Below, piece after piece: positions 50,167 through 59,393 of a stretch of 64,000 nt of DNA. Numbering within the stretch: the stretch's first letter is position 1; each line of letters starts with the position of its first letter. This DNA comes from an uncultured delta proteobacterium. Its GTDB lineage: Bacteria > Desulfobacterota > Binatia > UBA9968. The position numbers were made by a program, and so were the translations under genes. The notes beneath the pieces were generated by a model that had not been told where the DNA came from, made no database searches, and worked only from the letters and a program-made list of their open reading frames with translations. The stretch lies in assembly GCA_963745835.1 (NCBI GenBank), contig CAVUZH010000024.1, positions 32,001-96,000 on the forward strand, read 5' to 3'.

Positions 50167-51062
50167 TTTCTAAGGAACCTCCTAAGAGAAAAGAGACTGC
50201 CAAGGCCGCCGAGCAGCAAGCCGATCGCAACGATCATCGTGATGCTGGCGGGATCAAGAAAACGCAATTGCATCTTGGGCCCGAACAGAGCCAATTGGCC
50301 GACCAGATATTGCTGCAACAACACATAACATAGCCATAGACAGAATAAAGAAACGCCCGCGCCAACTGTGCCTTGAAGCATGCCTTCAACCACAAAGGGT
50401 GCGCGAATCAGTTCTTCCGAAGCACCAACGAACTGCATAATTTCGATCTCGTCTTTACGCGCCAACAATGCCAACCGAACGGTACTGCCGACAATGAAAA
50501 AGGTCGCGATGAAAAGAATACCGCCTAGCGCCCACTTGGCCCACTGGACCGCTAACACGAACAGGTTGAGTCGGTCAACCCACTGTTGCGGATACTCCAC
50601 AGCCGCAATGCCGTTGATCTTGCCGAGGCGACCCGCGAGATCCTGAACTCGCGGCGGGTCCCGAAAAACGGGCTTAACGGTGATTTCAAACGACGCCGGC
50701 AAAACATCGCTGGGCAGACCCTCTAAAACAGCGGACTGGGCGCCTAAAGCGGTTTGGAAATCGTTCCAGGCTTGCTCTTTGGAGATATGCCGCAAACCCT
50801 CGACTTCCGGCATTGCCCGAATCCGGTCCATCATCGCTTCCACTTGCTCAGTACCGACATCGTTAGCGAGATAGGTGTTTATTTGAATCTGATCTCCCCA
50901 GCCGTTTAGCATATGCTGAAGATTCTCTTGAAGGAGGATAAAAACACCGAAAACGAATAACGAGGTCGCCATAGTTCCCGAAGTAAGGACGTGACTCCAC
51001 AGCAGCTCCCATAAGCTTTGGCGCACACGACGAGCGACAAACGCGATATGCGACCAGCTCAA
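50154..51062 (-). CDS. ftsX: Cell-division permease FtsX
   Basis: LPASFEI and ARKDEIEIMQFVGAS...IRAPFVVEG motifs; 4 TM segments. Confidence 0.93.
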   Translation of the reverse strand: MSWSHIAFVARRVRQSLWELLWSHVLTSGTMATSLFVFGVFILLQENLQHMLNGWGDQIQINTYLANDVGTEQVEAMMDRIRAMPEVEGLRHISKEQAWNDFQTALGAQSAVLEGLPSDVLPASFEITVKPVFRDPPRVQDLAGRLGKINGIAAVEYPQQWVDRLNLFVLAVQWAKWALGGILFIATFFIVGSTVRLALLARKDEIEIMQFVGASEELIRAPFVVEGMLQGTVGAGVSLFCLWLCYVLLQQYLVGQLALFGPKMQLRFLDPASITMIVAIGLLLGGLGSLFSLRRFLRKWRG

Positions 51063-51742
51063 GACGCGTGCGCCTCCGTCACTCTTTCGAGATCATCAAC
51101 GAGGCGACCCTGACGCAGTGAAAGAATTCGGCTGCCATACCGCTTGATCAGATCCAGATTGTGACTGGCAACGATGAGAGTAGTTCCAGCTTCGCGCAAT
51201 TTGAGAAATATTCGCATGATTTCTTCGGCAAGGCCCGGATCGAGGTTTCCAGTCGGCTCGTCAGCCAAGATCAATCTGGGTTCATTGATCAAAGCTCGTG
51301 CAATCGCGACGCGTTGCTGCTCCCCGGCTGAGAGCATCAGCGGTTTGGCTTGTGGTTTTTCTAGTCCGAGTTCCCTCAGTATGCGAACAGCTTTGATCTG
51401 AGCCTCGCGGCGCGACACGCCTACCACTTGCGCCGCTAATGCGACATTTTCCATTACGGTGAGCCGCGGTAACAATCTGAATTCTTGAAAGACAAGCCCA
51501 ATGCGCCTCCGTAGGCGAGCGACTCCGCGGCTGCGCAAACGCGTGACGTTCTGATGATCAATTAGAATCTGTCCTTCACTGGGTTCTTCCTCCCGGAACA
51601 GCAGCTTAAGCAGCGTGGTTTTCCCCGCGCCGCTAGGTCCGGTGAGAAAAACGAACTGACCATCCTCGATACTCAGCGTAATGTCGGTCAGAGCCGGTGA
51701 ACTCGGAGGATAAGTTTTGGTAACATGAAGCAGTTGGATCAT
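51059..51742 (-). CDS. ftsE: Cell-division ATPase FtsE
   Basis: [31 protein letters not shown] and ADEPTGNLD motifs. Confidence 0.93.
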   Translation of the reverse strand: MIQLLHVTKTYPPSSPALTDITLSIEDGQFVFLTGPSGAGKTTLLKLLFREEEPSEGQILIDHQNVTRLRSRGVARLRRRIGLVFQEFRLLPRLTVMENVALAAQVVGVSRREAQIKAVRILRELGLEKPQAKPLMLSAGEQQRVAIARALINEPRLILADEPTGNLDPGLAEEIMRIFLKLREAGTTLIVASHNLDLIKRYGSRILSLRQGRLVDDLERVTEAHAS

Positions 51743-51793
51743 CGAGGCTAGGGCCGGCAAGCAGTTACAGGTCTGCCAAGCTGTGCAAAAAGC

Positions 51794-51822
51794 TTGACTT
51801 GGTATAGGGTGGTTGTTACAGT
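51794..51822 (+). promoter_or_regulatory. sigma70 promoter of the radical SAM gene
   Basis: TTGACT-N17-TACAGT with an extended -10 TG. Confidence 0.65.
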
Positions 51823-51882
51823 TGCCAAGGGCTTGAATTTATTAATTTATCTATAAAAGATGTCAGCTATACTTACAAGCTC

Positions 51883-54111
51883 ATGGAGGGCAGCGTGACG
51901 CATCAGCAAAAGACAATTGAAAAACTGCGGATAGTTTTGATCAAGCCCTCCAAGTATGACGACGACGGTTACGTCATTCGCTTTTGGAAAGGCGTCCTAC
52001 CGAGTAACACGTTAAACGTTCTCCATGGCTTGACTGAAGATGTGATACAGCGCCGTGTGTTTGGAGATCTTCCGATAGAGATTACCACATTTGACGAAAC
52101 CGCAGAAAAAGTTCCTTTGCACAAAATCATTCGCTGGAACAGCGAGCCTAATACGCAGCTGCTGGTCTGTATGGTTGGCGTGCAAACCAATCAATTTCCC
52201 CGCGCTGTTGATATGGCAAGGATCCTGCGCGCCGAGGGGATCACGGTGATCATCGGCGGCTTTCACACGAGCGGAACCGTCAACATGTTGGGTGAGCAGG
52301 AACCCGACATGCAAGAACTTTTTCGGGAAGGCATCTGCGCGGTATCCGGCGAAGTCGAAGGCAAGTGGGACATGATTCTAACGGACTTTCTCGAAGGGAA
52401 ACTCAAACCCCTTTATAGCTTCGCCCAAGATTTACAAAGTTTGGTCGACATCGAAGATTCGCCATTGCCGAAAACCAGCTCCAAAACCATGGAGCATTTT
52501 GCCTACCCTAGCTTTGGCACGGCAGATACATCACGCGGGTGCCCATTTGCCTGCAGCTTCTGCACGATCATCAATGTTCAAGGGCGTAAGATGCGTGAAC
52601 GAAGCCCGCAAAGCATCGCGGCAATGATGCGCCGGAACTATCGCGATCATGGCGTGTCATTTTATTTTTTCACTGACGATAACTTTGCTCGCAAAAAACT
52701 CTGGCGCGAAACGTTTGAAGAGATTATCAAACTTCGAGAAGAAGGTCTCGATGTGACCTTCATGATGCAGGTTGACCTCGCAAGGAAGCCGAAAGACTTC
52801 GTTTCACTGGCGGCGAAAGCGGGCTGCACGCAGGTCTTTATCGGCATGGAAAGCGTCAATCCGCAGAACTTGGAGTCTGAAGGCAAAAAGCAAAACAAAG
52901 TTGAAGAGTATCGCGAGATCATCCAAGAATGGCATCAAGTCGGAGTAGTGGTTCATACCGGCTATATCATCGGCCTACCCTGGGATTCAAAAGAGCAGGT
53001 TCCGAACGACATCCGCTTTCTCATCGACGAGGTTGGCCCCGATCAGGCTTCATTTTTTATGCTAACTCCCCTGCCGGGGTCGCACGATCATCGAGAGATG
53101 AAAAAACGGGGCGATTGGATGGATCCGGATTTCAATAAGCGCGACTCATTTCATGCCACCATCAAGCATCCGCTGATGAGCGAACAAGAGTGGACCGATT
53201 GTTATGAAAACGCCTGGAGAACATTTTACAGCAAAGAAAATATGATCAGGGTCCTTTCCAGGTGGGCCGATAATCCGAGAAACTACTGGAACTTGATGTC
53301 GATTTTCTTGTGGTACAAGAACGCGGCTTTGATTGAGAAACAGCACCCGATGGTCGCCGGTTTTTTCCGGCTCAAGGATCGTAAAGCCCGCCGGCCAGGC
53401 TATGCCATCGACTCTATACCGGTTCATGCCTGGAAGCGCAGTAAAGAAATTACGCACCTGCTAGTCAATTGGGCCAAGTTTTTGAAGGAGATTGAAGAAG
53501 TTTGGCTGCAAACCAGAAAAAAAAGCGACACCGAGGAGCGGTGGGTCGAGCAGATCCAGAAAATACAAACAGATATTTGGCAAGCTTTACGAATTGCTGA
53601 GCTACAAAATGTTTACAGTAACGCACGAGAAACGCTTTCGGGACGGGCCAGAGCCCTGCTAGATCCTCTGGAAGAGCTCTCGTCGAGAATTCTTTACAAC
53701 CGCAGCGATCTGAACCGCTTTCTAAAGCAATGGGAACACCTGAGAAATAGGATACAAGAGGTCCGTTCCGTCGAAACGGAAGCGGCACGAAGTTGCCTTG
53801 ATGAGATGCACAGCCTACAGGCGAACGTACGTCTCAGCGACCGCGTGAACGAGTGGCAGGAAGCTTACACAAAGTTACGGGGTTCATTGCCATCGCGTGC
53901 TAGCTTACGGCTGATTAAGTTCGACGCGATTAACAATCGGGTGGTCTATTCCAGACAGGAACTGCAGCGGATTTGGAGCCATACGATTCACAATGCGCGC
54001 CAGATGAAATTATGGCACATCCGGCCGTGGCGCCTTACGCGGGCGATGATCCAGGATTTCTCGTTAACCACTTCCTTCGCCGCAAACTTTAAGGAATTCG
54101 CCAGACGATAA
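51883..54111 (+). CDS. B12-binding-type radical SAM protein with an extended helical C-terminus
   Basis: SRGCPFACSFC (CxxxCxxC), VIIGGFH, FTDDNF, FIGMES and LTPLPGS motifs. Confidence 0.9.
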   Translation: MEGSVTHQQKTIEKLRIVLIKPSKYDDDGYVIRFWKGVLPSNTLNVLHGLTEDVIQRRVFGDLPIEITTFDETAEKVPLHKIIRWNSEPNTQLLVCMVGVQTNQFPRAVDMARILRAEGITVIIGGFHTSGTVNMLGEQEPDMQELFREGICAVSGEVEGKWDMILTDFLEGKLKPLYSFAQDLQSLVDIEDSPLPKTSSKTMEHFAYPSFGTADTSRGCPFACSFCTIINVQGRKMRERSPQSIAAMMRRNYRDHGVSFYFFTDDNFARKKLWRETFEEIIKLREEGLDVTFMMQVDLARKPKDFVSLAAKAGCTQVFIGMESVNPQNLESEGKKQNKVEEYREIIQEWHQVGVVVHTGYIIGLPWDSKEQVPNDIRFLIDEVGPDQASFFMLTPLPGSHDHREMKKRGDWMDPDFNKRDSFHATIKHPLMSEQEWTDCYENAWRTFYSKENMIRVLSRWADNPRNYWNLMSIFLWYKNAALIEKQHPMVAGFFRLKDRKARRPGYAIDSIPVHAWKRSKEITHLLVNWAKFLKEIEEVWLQTRKKSDTEERWVEQIQKIQTDIWQALRIAELQNVYSNARETLSGRARALLDPLEELSSRILYNRSDLNRFLKQWEHLRNRIQEVRSVETEAARSCLDEMHSLQANVRLSDRVNEWQEAYTKLRGSLPSRASLRLIKFDAINNRVVYSRQELQRIWSHTIHNARQMKLWHIRPWRLTRAMIQDFSLTTSFAANFKEFARR

Positions 54112-54135
54112 AAACCGGTGCCAGAGAATTGCGTG

Positions 54136-54969
54136 TCAGTGAATCTGGACGTATCGGTGTCTTACCGATTCGATCTGCGCTTTTATCATCGCCGCATCTT
54201 CGGCACCAGGAGCTAATCTTAAGTAGCTTTCCAGATCATCGAGTGCGGGCGCATAACATTCAAGGGTGATATACAAGAGCCCGCGATCGCGAATTTCGCT
54301 GGCGGCGCTCGGATCCAGTACCACCAACTGATCGAGCACCGACAGAGTTTTCAACGGTTCGCCTCTCTCCAGGTAAATCCATTTCAGGTTATTGAGCATC
54401 CGCCGCAAAATGTCTCGTTTGCCTAAAGTGGCGACAAAACCGGGTTGATACGACACCTGACCTCGATAAAGCTGTTGCAGCATTCGATCCAAATCTTCCC
54501 GAGCACGGATCTCTCCCCCGTTGAAAACATCGATCAAAATTTCCACATCGCCATCGTCATACTTGACCAGAAAATGACCCGGGAAACCTATTCCCTCAAG
54601 CGATAATCCCACTCGCCGGGCCACCTCCATGTAAACCACCGAAAGGCTGATAGGAATTCCTTTCTTGCGAGTGATGACATCGTTTAGGAAACTATTTTTC
54701 GGATCGTAGTATTCAGAACGGTTTCCTTGAAAACCTAGCTCTTTGAAGAGGACCGTGTTGAGTGCGGCGATAGTGCGGTAGGGATTTTTCTCGCCACCGA
54801 TTCTAAGCTCGACTGCCTGTCCCAGCCCATCGAGCTGGGACAGGTAATCGTCAATTTTAAGATCCGGATACTCATGCATGGCAATTGCTAGAGCCGCGCG
54901 GCCGAGATCGATCTGATCTTCCGGACAATCGATGGCCTCGCGAAATGCAACGTAGAGATCGTTGCTCAC
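54136..54969 (-). CDS. SirB1/YchA-family transglutaminase-like protein with TPR
   Basis: FQGNRSEYYDPKNSFLNDV...GIPISLSVVY, GFPGHFLV and EIRDRGL motifs. Confidence 0.92.
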   Translation of the reverse strand: MSNDLYVAFREAIDCPEDQIDLGRAALAIAMHEYPDLKIDDYLSQLDGLGQAVELRIGGEKNPYRTIAALNTVLFKELGFQGNRSEYYDPKNSFLNDVITRKKGIPISLSVVYMEVARRVGLSLEGIGFPGHFLVKYDDGDVEILIDVFNGGEIRAREDLDRMLQQLYRGQVSYQPGFVATLGKRDILRRMLNNLKWIYLERGEPLKTLSVLDQLVVLDPSAASEIRDRGLLYITLECYAPALDDLESYLRLAPGAEDAAMIKAQIESVRHRYVQIH

Positions 54970-54980
54970 AACGAAAGCTC

Positions 54981-56762
54981 CTATCGCGGCTCTGAAACCA
55001 CGTCCACCAAAGCCGGCAATTGCTTCTCCTTTACGTATTTCAACGCGCGCTCGATCGCCGGACGCAATTCCGAGGTTCGGCGGATCGTCCCTTCGGCATG
55101 CACGCCAAAAGACTGCGCCATCTTGGCATAATCGACCTCCGGATCGTCCACGTGAGTTCCTATACCGGCGTTCTCGACCGGTCGCTTGCGAAACTTAGCC
55201 ACTTCGATCCCATGCTCTTCGGAGTTGTAAAAAGACTGATTGTTGTGCAGCACCATCAGTAGAGGAATCCTGTGTTTGGCCGCGGTCCAGAGACAACTCG
55301 AGGTCATGAGCAAGTCGCCATCCGACTGGATATCGATTGCGACTTTGCCGGTCCCTTTCAAAGCCAAGGCTGCGCCGATGGCTGCGCTGGCGCCGTAACC
55401 AACTCCGGCGCCGCCGCTGGCGCCAAGATACTGGTTCGGTTTGGTGAAGTCCCATAAACGGCGAGCCCAGCCGTTTGAGGTTCCGTTCACCAGCACCCAA
55501 TCCTCTCTTTTGATCACCTCACCTAGATCATACGCGAGAAAAGCGGTCGAGATGTTTTGCAGCGAAGCCTTGGCTTGCGCATCGGCCAACCACTTAGCCC
55601 GCCGACTCTTACTTTTGTCGGCCAGTTCTTTCTGTCTTGCCTCGATTGACGATTTCCTCTTCGAATCCTTGCCTAAAAGTTCGCGGCAGAGGCGAGTCAG
55701 TTCCGGCACCGCCACCGAAGTATCGGCCGTGAGTGGAATATCGGTGGGCTGTAAGGCCTGGTAATCTCCGGCCCACGAGCGCACCAGCATGTCGTGCATC
55801 GAAATAGTGATGATCTTTACTGATGGTGAGGTCACATAGACGCAGTCGCGGGTTTGCTTGCTAACGGTCGTAAGAGATCCATACAAATCGGCGACGTCCA
55901 GAGCCAAAATCACATCGGCTTTGGGCAAGATCTCCTTTGCCCCATCGGTAACATCCAATGGGTGGGTGGTTGGGAAATTAAAGCGCGCCCCTTTATCGAT
56001 CACTGGAATCGCCAACAGCTCGGCAAGCTCAACCAATGTCGGCACTGTTTGTGGGTTGCGTCCCAAGCTATCTGCAATGATCAAAGGCATTTGAGCATTG
56101 ACTAATAGCTCGGCGGCGCGCTTCAGCTCCACAGGGTTGGCCTGTACTGGAGCTGGCGGCGCATAACGGCTAATATCCGGCAACTCGACAGGGGTGGAAA
56201 CAGACTCTTCCTGAATGTCGGCGTCGTAATTGATATAAACCGGCGCCATCGGTTCCGTCGTGGCGATCCGGTATCCGCGAATGAAAGAATCCGGAACATC
56301 GGCAAGCGTATAGGGTTGATCGTCCCATTTCACGTAATCCCGAACCTGGTTTCCCTGCACAAGAGCGGTGTGAATCCAATCGATGCGAGGCCGGCGTCGC
56401 TTGGTGTTCATCGGACCGGTGCCGCCCAGGACAATGATTGGCACCCGGTCTATCCAAGCGTTGAAGATTGCCATACTCGCGTGTTGCAAGCCCACCATGT
56501 TGTGAACAATGGCGATCATCGGCTTACCTTTCGCCTTGGCGTAGCCATGAGCGATCGCCACGGAAAATTCCTCATGGCAACAAAAAATCACTTCCGGCTT
56601 GTAGTTCCCACCGTAGTTTACGATGGAGTCATGAATGCCACGAAAGGTCGCTCCCGGATTGAACGCCGCATATTCGATGTCATGGGCTTTCATTAGATCG
56701 ACAACGACATCCGACCCGTATTGTGGTTGCTTCTTTTCTACCCTGCTTTGCGATTTCGCCAC
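54981..56762 (-). CDS. Thiamine-diphosphate-dependent enzyme (acetolactate synthase/benzoylformate decarboxylase-like)
   Basis: NPGATFRGIHDS, HEE..VAIAHGYAK, and the SDGD...NN ThDP motif. Confidence 0.9.
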   Translation of the reverse strand: MAKSQSRVEKKQPQYGSDVVVDLMKAHDIEYAAFNPGATFRGIHDSIVNYGGNYKPEVIFCCHEEFSVAIAHGYAKAKGKPMIAIVHNMVGLQHASMAIFNAWIDRVPIIVLGGTGPMNTKRRRPRIDWIHTALVQGNQVRDYVKWDDQPYTLADVPDSFIRGYRIATTEPMAPVYINYDADIQEESVSTPVELPDISRYAPPAPVQANPVELKRAAELLVNAQMPLIIADSLGRNPQTVPTLVELAELLAIPVIDKGARFNFPTTHPLDVTDGAKEILPKADVILALDVADLYGSLTTVSKQTRDCVYVTSPSVKIITISMHDMLVRSWAGDYQALQPTDIPLTADTSVAVPELTRLCRELLGKDSKRKSSIEARQKELADKSKSRRAKWLADAQAKASLQNISTAFLAYDLGEVIKREDWVLVNGTSNGWARRLWDFTKPNQYLGASGGAGVGYGASAAIGAALALKGTGKVAIDIQSDGDLLMTSSCLWTAAKHRIPLLMVLHNNQSFYNSEEHGIEVAKFRKRPVENAGIGTHVDDPEVDYAKMAQSFGVHAEGTIRRTSELRPAIERALKYVKEKQLPALVDVVSEPR

Positions 56763-56817
56763 TGTGTGTCTCCTCTTGTTTAGAACATCCTAGTCAATTC
56801 AATCACCCATGCGCCTA

Positions 56818-57732
56818 TCACTTGCTCGCATTTGGCGCAAGACGCGTATTGCTCAAAAGTCCCTGTTGATAAAACAACTCCAGCGTCTCCATGAGATCTC
56901 CCTCACGCGCGCCTTTCGCCGAGGTTTCGCGGATCTCCAAATCGGCAATGTTGCCCAGAACTTTTTGGATCGCCGGGGCCATTAAAGCTTGCATACCGTA
57001 ATGGGCATACGTGCGCTGGAGCTCATCCATTTCCTCAGCGCGACGTCTCGCATGGATGCGCAGTCCAACGATGCTAGAACTGACTTTCTCGAGCAAACCG
57101 GGGAAGCTCTCATCGTATCGTTTGATGATCTCATCGAGCAGACCGAAGCGCTTGGCCCCCATAAGCAGTTCAACGAACAGTCCCTGCAATCCTTTCGTCA
57201 ACCCGGCATAAACTACTTTGAAGGCGGATGCCTGCGATGTTCCACTTCCAAGAACTTGCACGCTTAGACCATAACCGCCAAGCTCGAGAATGCGGGATGC
57301 TTCGGGACCGGAGGCGTAGATCACCGCTCCTTTGTCCATTTTAGAGGCTGAACCGATTATGCAGCCATCAACAAAGTTCACACCGCTTTCACTGACGACT
57401 CTGTTAATCGTCTCCGCAGTCATCGGCGAAATCGCATTGGCGTCGAAATAGATCAAGTCCTTGCGATGAGCATCGCCCGCGGCCTTGGCGATTTCTGCTG
57501 CTAGCTTGAGTGCTGCCGATGGCACCACGATCGAGACGATTAGATCCGCGCTCGAGCACAGTTCTGTCAGGGAACCAGTGGACTCGACTCCTGCGTTTTC
57601 AGCGCGCCTTTGTGTCACCGGACTACGATCTCGATCATAAGTCAGCACCTCGGCACCCCGAGCTTTCAAGAGCTTTGCCCAGTGATATCCCATCTCGCCA
57701 ATGCTCATGATTCCAATTTTTGCGAAAGCCAC
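56818..57732 (-). CDS. NAD(P)-dependent oxidoreductase, 6-phosphogluconate/3-hydroxyisobutyrate dehydrogenase-like (DUF1932 type)
   Basis: SIGEMG, DANAISP, ASAFKVVYAGLTKG and HARRRAEEM motifs. Confidence 0.85.
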   Translation of the reverse strand: MAFAKIGIMSIGEMGYHWAKLLKARGAEVLTYDRDRSPVTQRRAENAGVESTGSLTELCSSADLIVSIVVPSAALKLAAEIAKAAGDAHRKDLIYFDANAISPMTAETINRVVSESGVNFVDGCIIGSASKMDKGAVIYASGPEASRILELGGYGLSVQVLGSGTSQASAFKVVYAGLTKGLQGLFVELLMGAKRFGLLDEIIKRYDESFPGLLEKVSSSIVGLRIHARRRAEEMDELQRTYAHYGMQALMAPAIQKVLGNIADLEIRETSAKGAREGDLMETLELFYQQGLLSNTRLAPNASK

Positions 57733-58045
57733 AGATACCTCCTGTCATCGAGGCCAAAACGTTCACATAGAACCGCTTCTCTGGTCGGCATTTCTTGCTT
57801 TGGCACTATGCGATCCGTCACGTTGTTCCTGTCTAATGACACATCGCCCGCTATTTTGAAAGATTCTCAGGGGATCACTTAGAGGTCGATCAATTCGAGC
57901 GATTGTAGATTGAACTGGGCTCGACTAGTTCGTTTCTGATAGCTTACAATTTTATGTTATCTAGAATTTTAGCGTCGGTTAAAAGTCTTGTTAGCAAGGG
58001 GGGTGGCTTTTCGATTTATTGATTCGTTGAATGCAATACAACTCA

Positions 58046-58085
58046 CAAAAAAATGCCCCGTCGCAGGGCGATCGGGGCATTTTTG
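58046..58085. terminator. Intrinsic terminator, probably bidirectional, after the csbD-like gene
   Basis: AAAAAAATGCCCCG...CGGGGCATTTTT hairpin. Confidence 0.8.
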
Positions 58086-58150
58086 CAATTGAGATGACAG
58101 GCTTTCCGGAGCAGGATCAGTCCGCCGTAACCTCGAATGCACAATCAACT

Positions 58151-58621
58151 TTATTCGTCATAGGATCGATCACTGCCGCCAATACTACGCGCTATCAAGT
58201 AGCCCAAACCGATGCCGATCAAACAGGCTTGAATTGGATAGCGACGAACCCATGCGGCTATCTCACCGGTCAATTCATCGAAATCTCGCTCCTGCAAATA
58301 GGACCGGGCCGCTTGCACTCGGCTAGCCATCGCCCCCGCCGCCTCACCGGCTTTGTTGGACACGGTAGCTCCCAGTTCGTCAACTTGAGATCTTAGGTTG
58401 GAACCTATTCCACCGCCACCGGTCCCATACTCGGAAAGGCGACGATCGACTTCTCTCTCCGCCTGCTCGCGAGTTTGACCGTACCTTTCTTGTACCAAGC
58501 CTACCAACTTGTCTTTTTCTCCGCCGATTATCTCTAAATCATCGTCGCTGAGCCGGCCCCACCAAGATCGTAAGGTGCCACGCATTTCTCGCCATTTTCC
58601 TGAAAAAACATCTTCGTTCAT
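58151..58621 (-). CDS. CsbD/YjbJ-like stress protein fused to a DUF883 (ElaB/YqjD)-like tail
   Basis: MNED...GKW...WGRLSDDDL...LVGLVQERYG N-terminus and VRRYPIQACLIGIGLGYLIAR C-terminus; GAGGAGG SD. Confidence 0.85.
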   Translation of the reverse strand: MNEDVFSGKWREMRGTLRSWWGRLSDDDLEIIGGEKDKLVGLVQERYGQTREQAEREVDRRLSEYGTGGGGIGSNLRSQVDELGATVSNKAGEAAGAMASRVQAARSYLQERDFDELTGEIAAWVRRYPIQACLIGIGLGYLIARSIGGSDRSYDE

Positions 58622-58681
58622 AGCATAACCTCCTCGTAATTTGATCGCGACGATCTTTACATGTCAAAATCAAAAATGAGG

Positions 58682-58696
58682 GCAAATCATATGCCA
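58682..58696 (-). promoter_or_regulatory. sigma54 (-24/-12) promoter upstream of the csbD-like gene
   Basis: Minus-strand TGGCAT-ATGAT-TTGC matches TGGCAC-N5-TTGC, 61 nt upstream of the ATG. Confidence 0.7.
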
Positions 58697-58815
58697 CGCC
58701 GAGGCGTGAAAAAGCGCCGGAATAAGCCGAAGCATTATTTTTTTGTCTACGGACTGCGACGCGAGCGCATTATCTGTCCCATGACCGGGAAAAGTTTTCG
58801 CTGTCGAGCTTAAGC

Positions 58816-59052
58816 TCATCGAGGTATCAAAAAGATTTGATCCTCATTCTCCTGTACGAACATCTTACCTGTCTTCAAGCACAACGTTTTGTGGCCGCCA
58901 ACGGCGAGGAGCTGGGGAGGCTGGTTTCTTCCCTTGTAAGTTTCACTGATACTGCGCTTATCGGCAGGACCATCATCGAGGTGAAGCCGAACACGCATCG
59001 GATGTTCGGCACCACATTCACTGCAAAGTACGTGGATTTCATACTGAGGCAT
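58816..59052 (-). CDS. Small hypothetical protein with a CxxC-x3-H...C motif
   Basis: Strong AAAGGAGGT SD; 78 aa. Confidence 0.7.
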   Translation of the reverse strand: MPQYEIHVLCSECGAEHPMRVRLHLDDGPADKRSISETYKGRNQPPQLLAVGGHKTLCLKTGKMFVQENEDQIFLIPR

Positions 59053-59228
59053 GATGAAACTACCTCCTTTTCACCACTCTACATGTTCAAAGCAAGCATC
59101 ATCAGCACTAACTTATTTCTAGTTCCCGATCGCTGGGAGAAGCCCAGTGTAGATGCATTGGCCACAGGTTTCATCTACAGAAAAAGCCTCGACTCGCTGA
59201 AACCGCGGATGCTCTAGCCAGACTTGCG

Positions 59229-59318
59229 TGGTGCCCGGAGCCGGACTCGAACCGGCACGGACCTTTCGGTCCTCGGGATTTTAAGTCCCGTGTGTCTACC
59301 AAATTCCACCATCCGGGC
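59229..59318 (-). tRNA. tRNA-Leu (TAA)
   Basis: GCCCGGATGGTGGAATTTGGTAGACAC-CGGGA-CT-TAA-AA-TCCCG, long variable arm GGACCGAAAGGTCC, GGTTCGAGTCC and CCA end. Confidence 0.95.
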
Positions 59319-59393
59319 GTTAAAAATCCATCGCTCAAAAGATTCTGCCATCTCGATCAGAAAGGTCGAACGAGAAAGTTTCAAACCAGCCGC

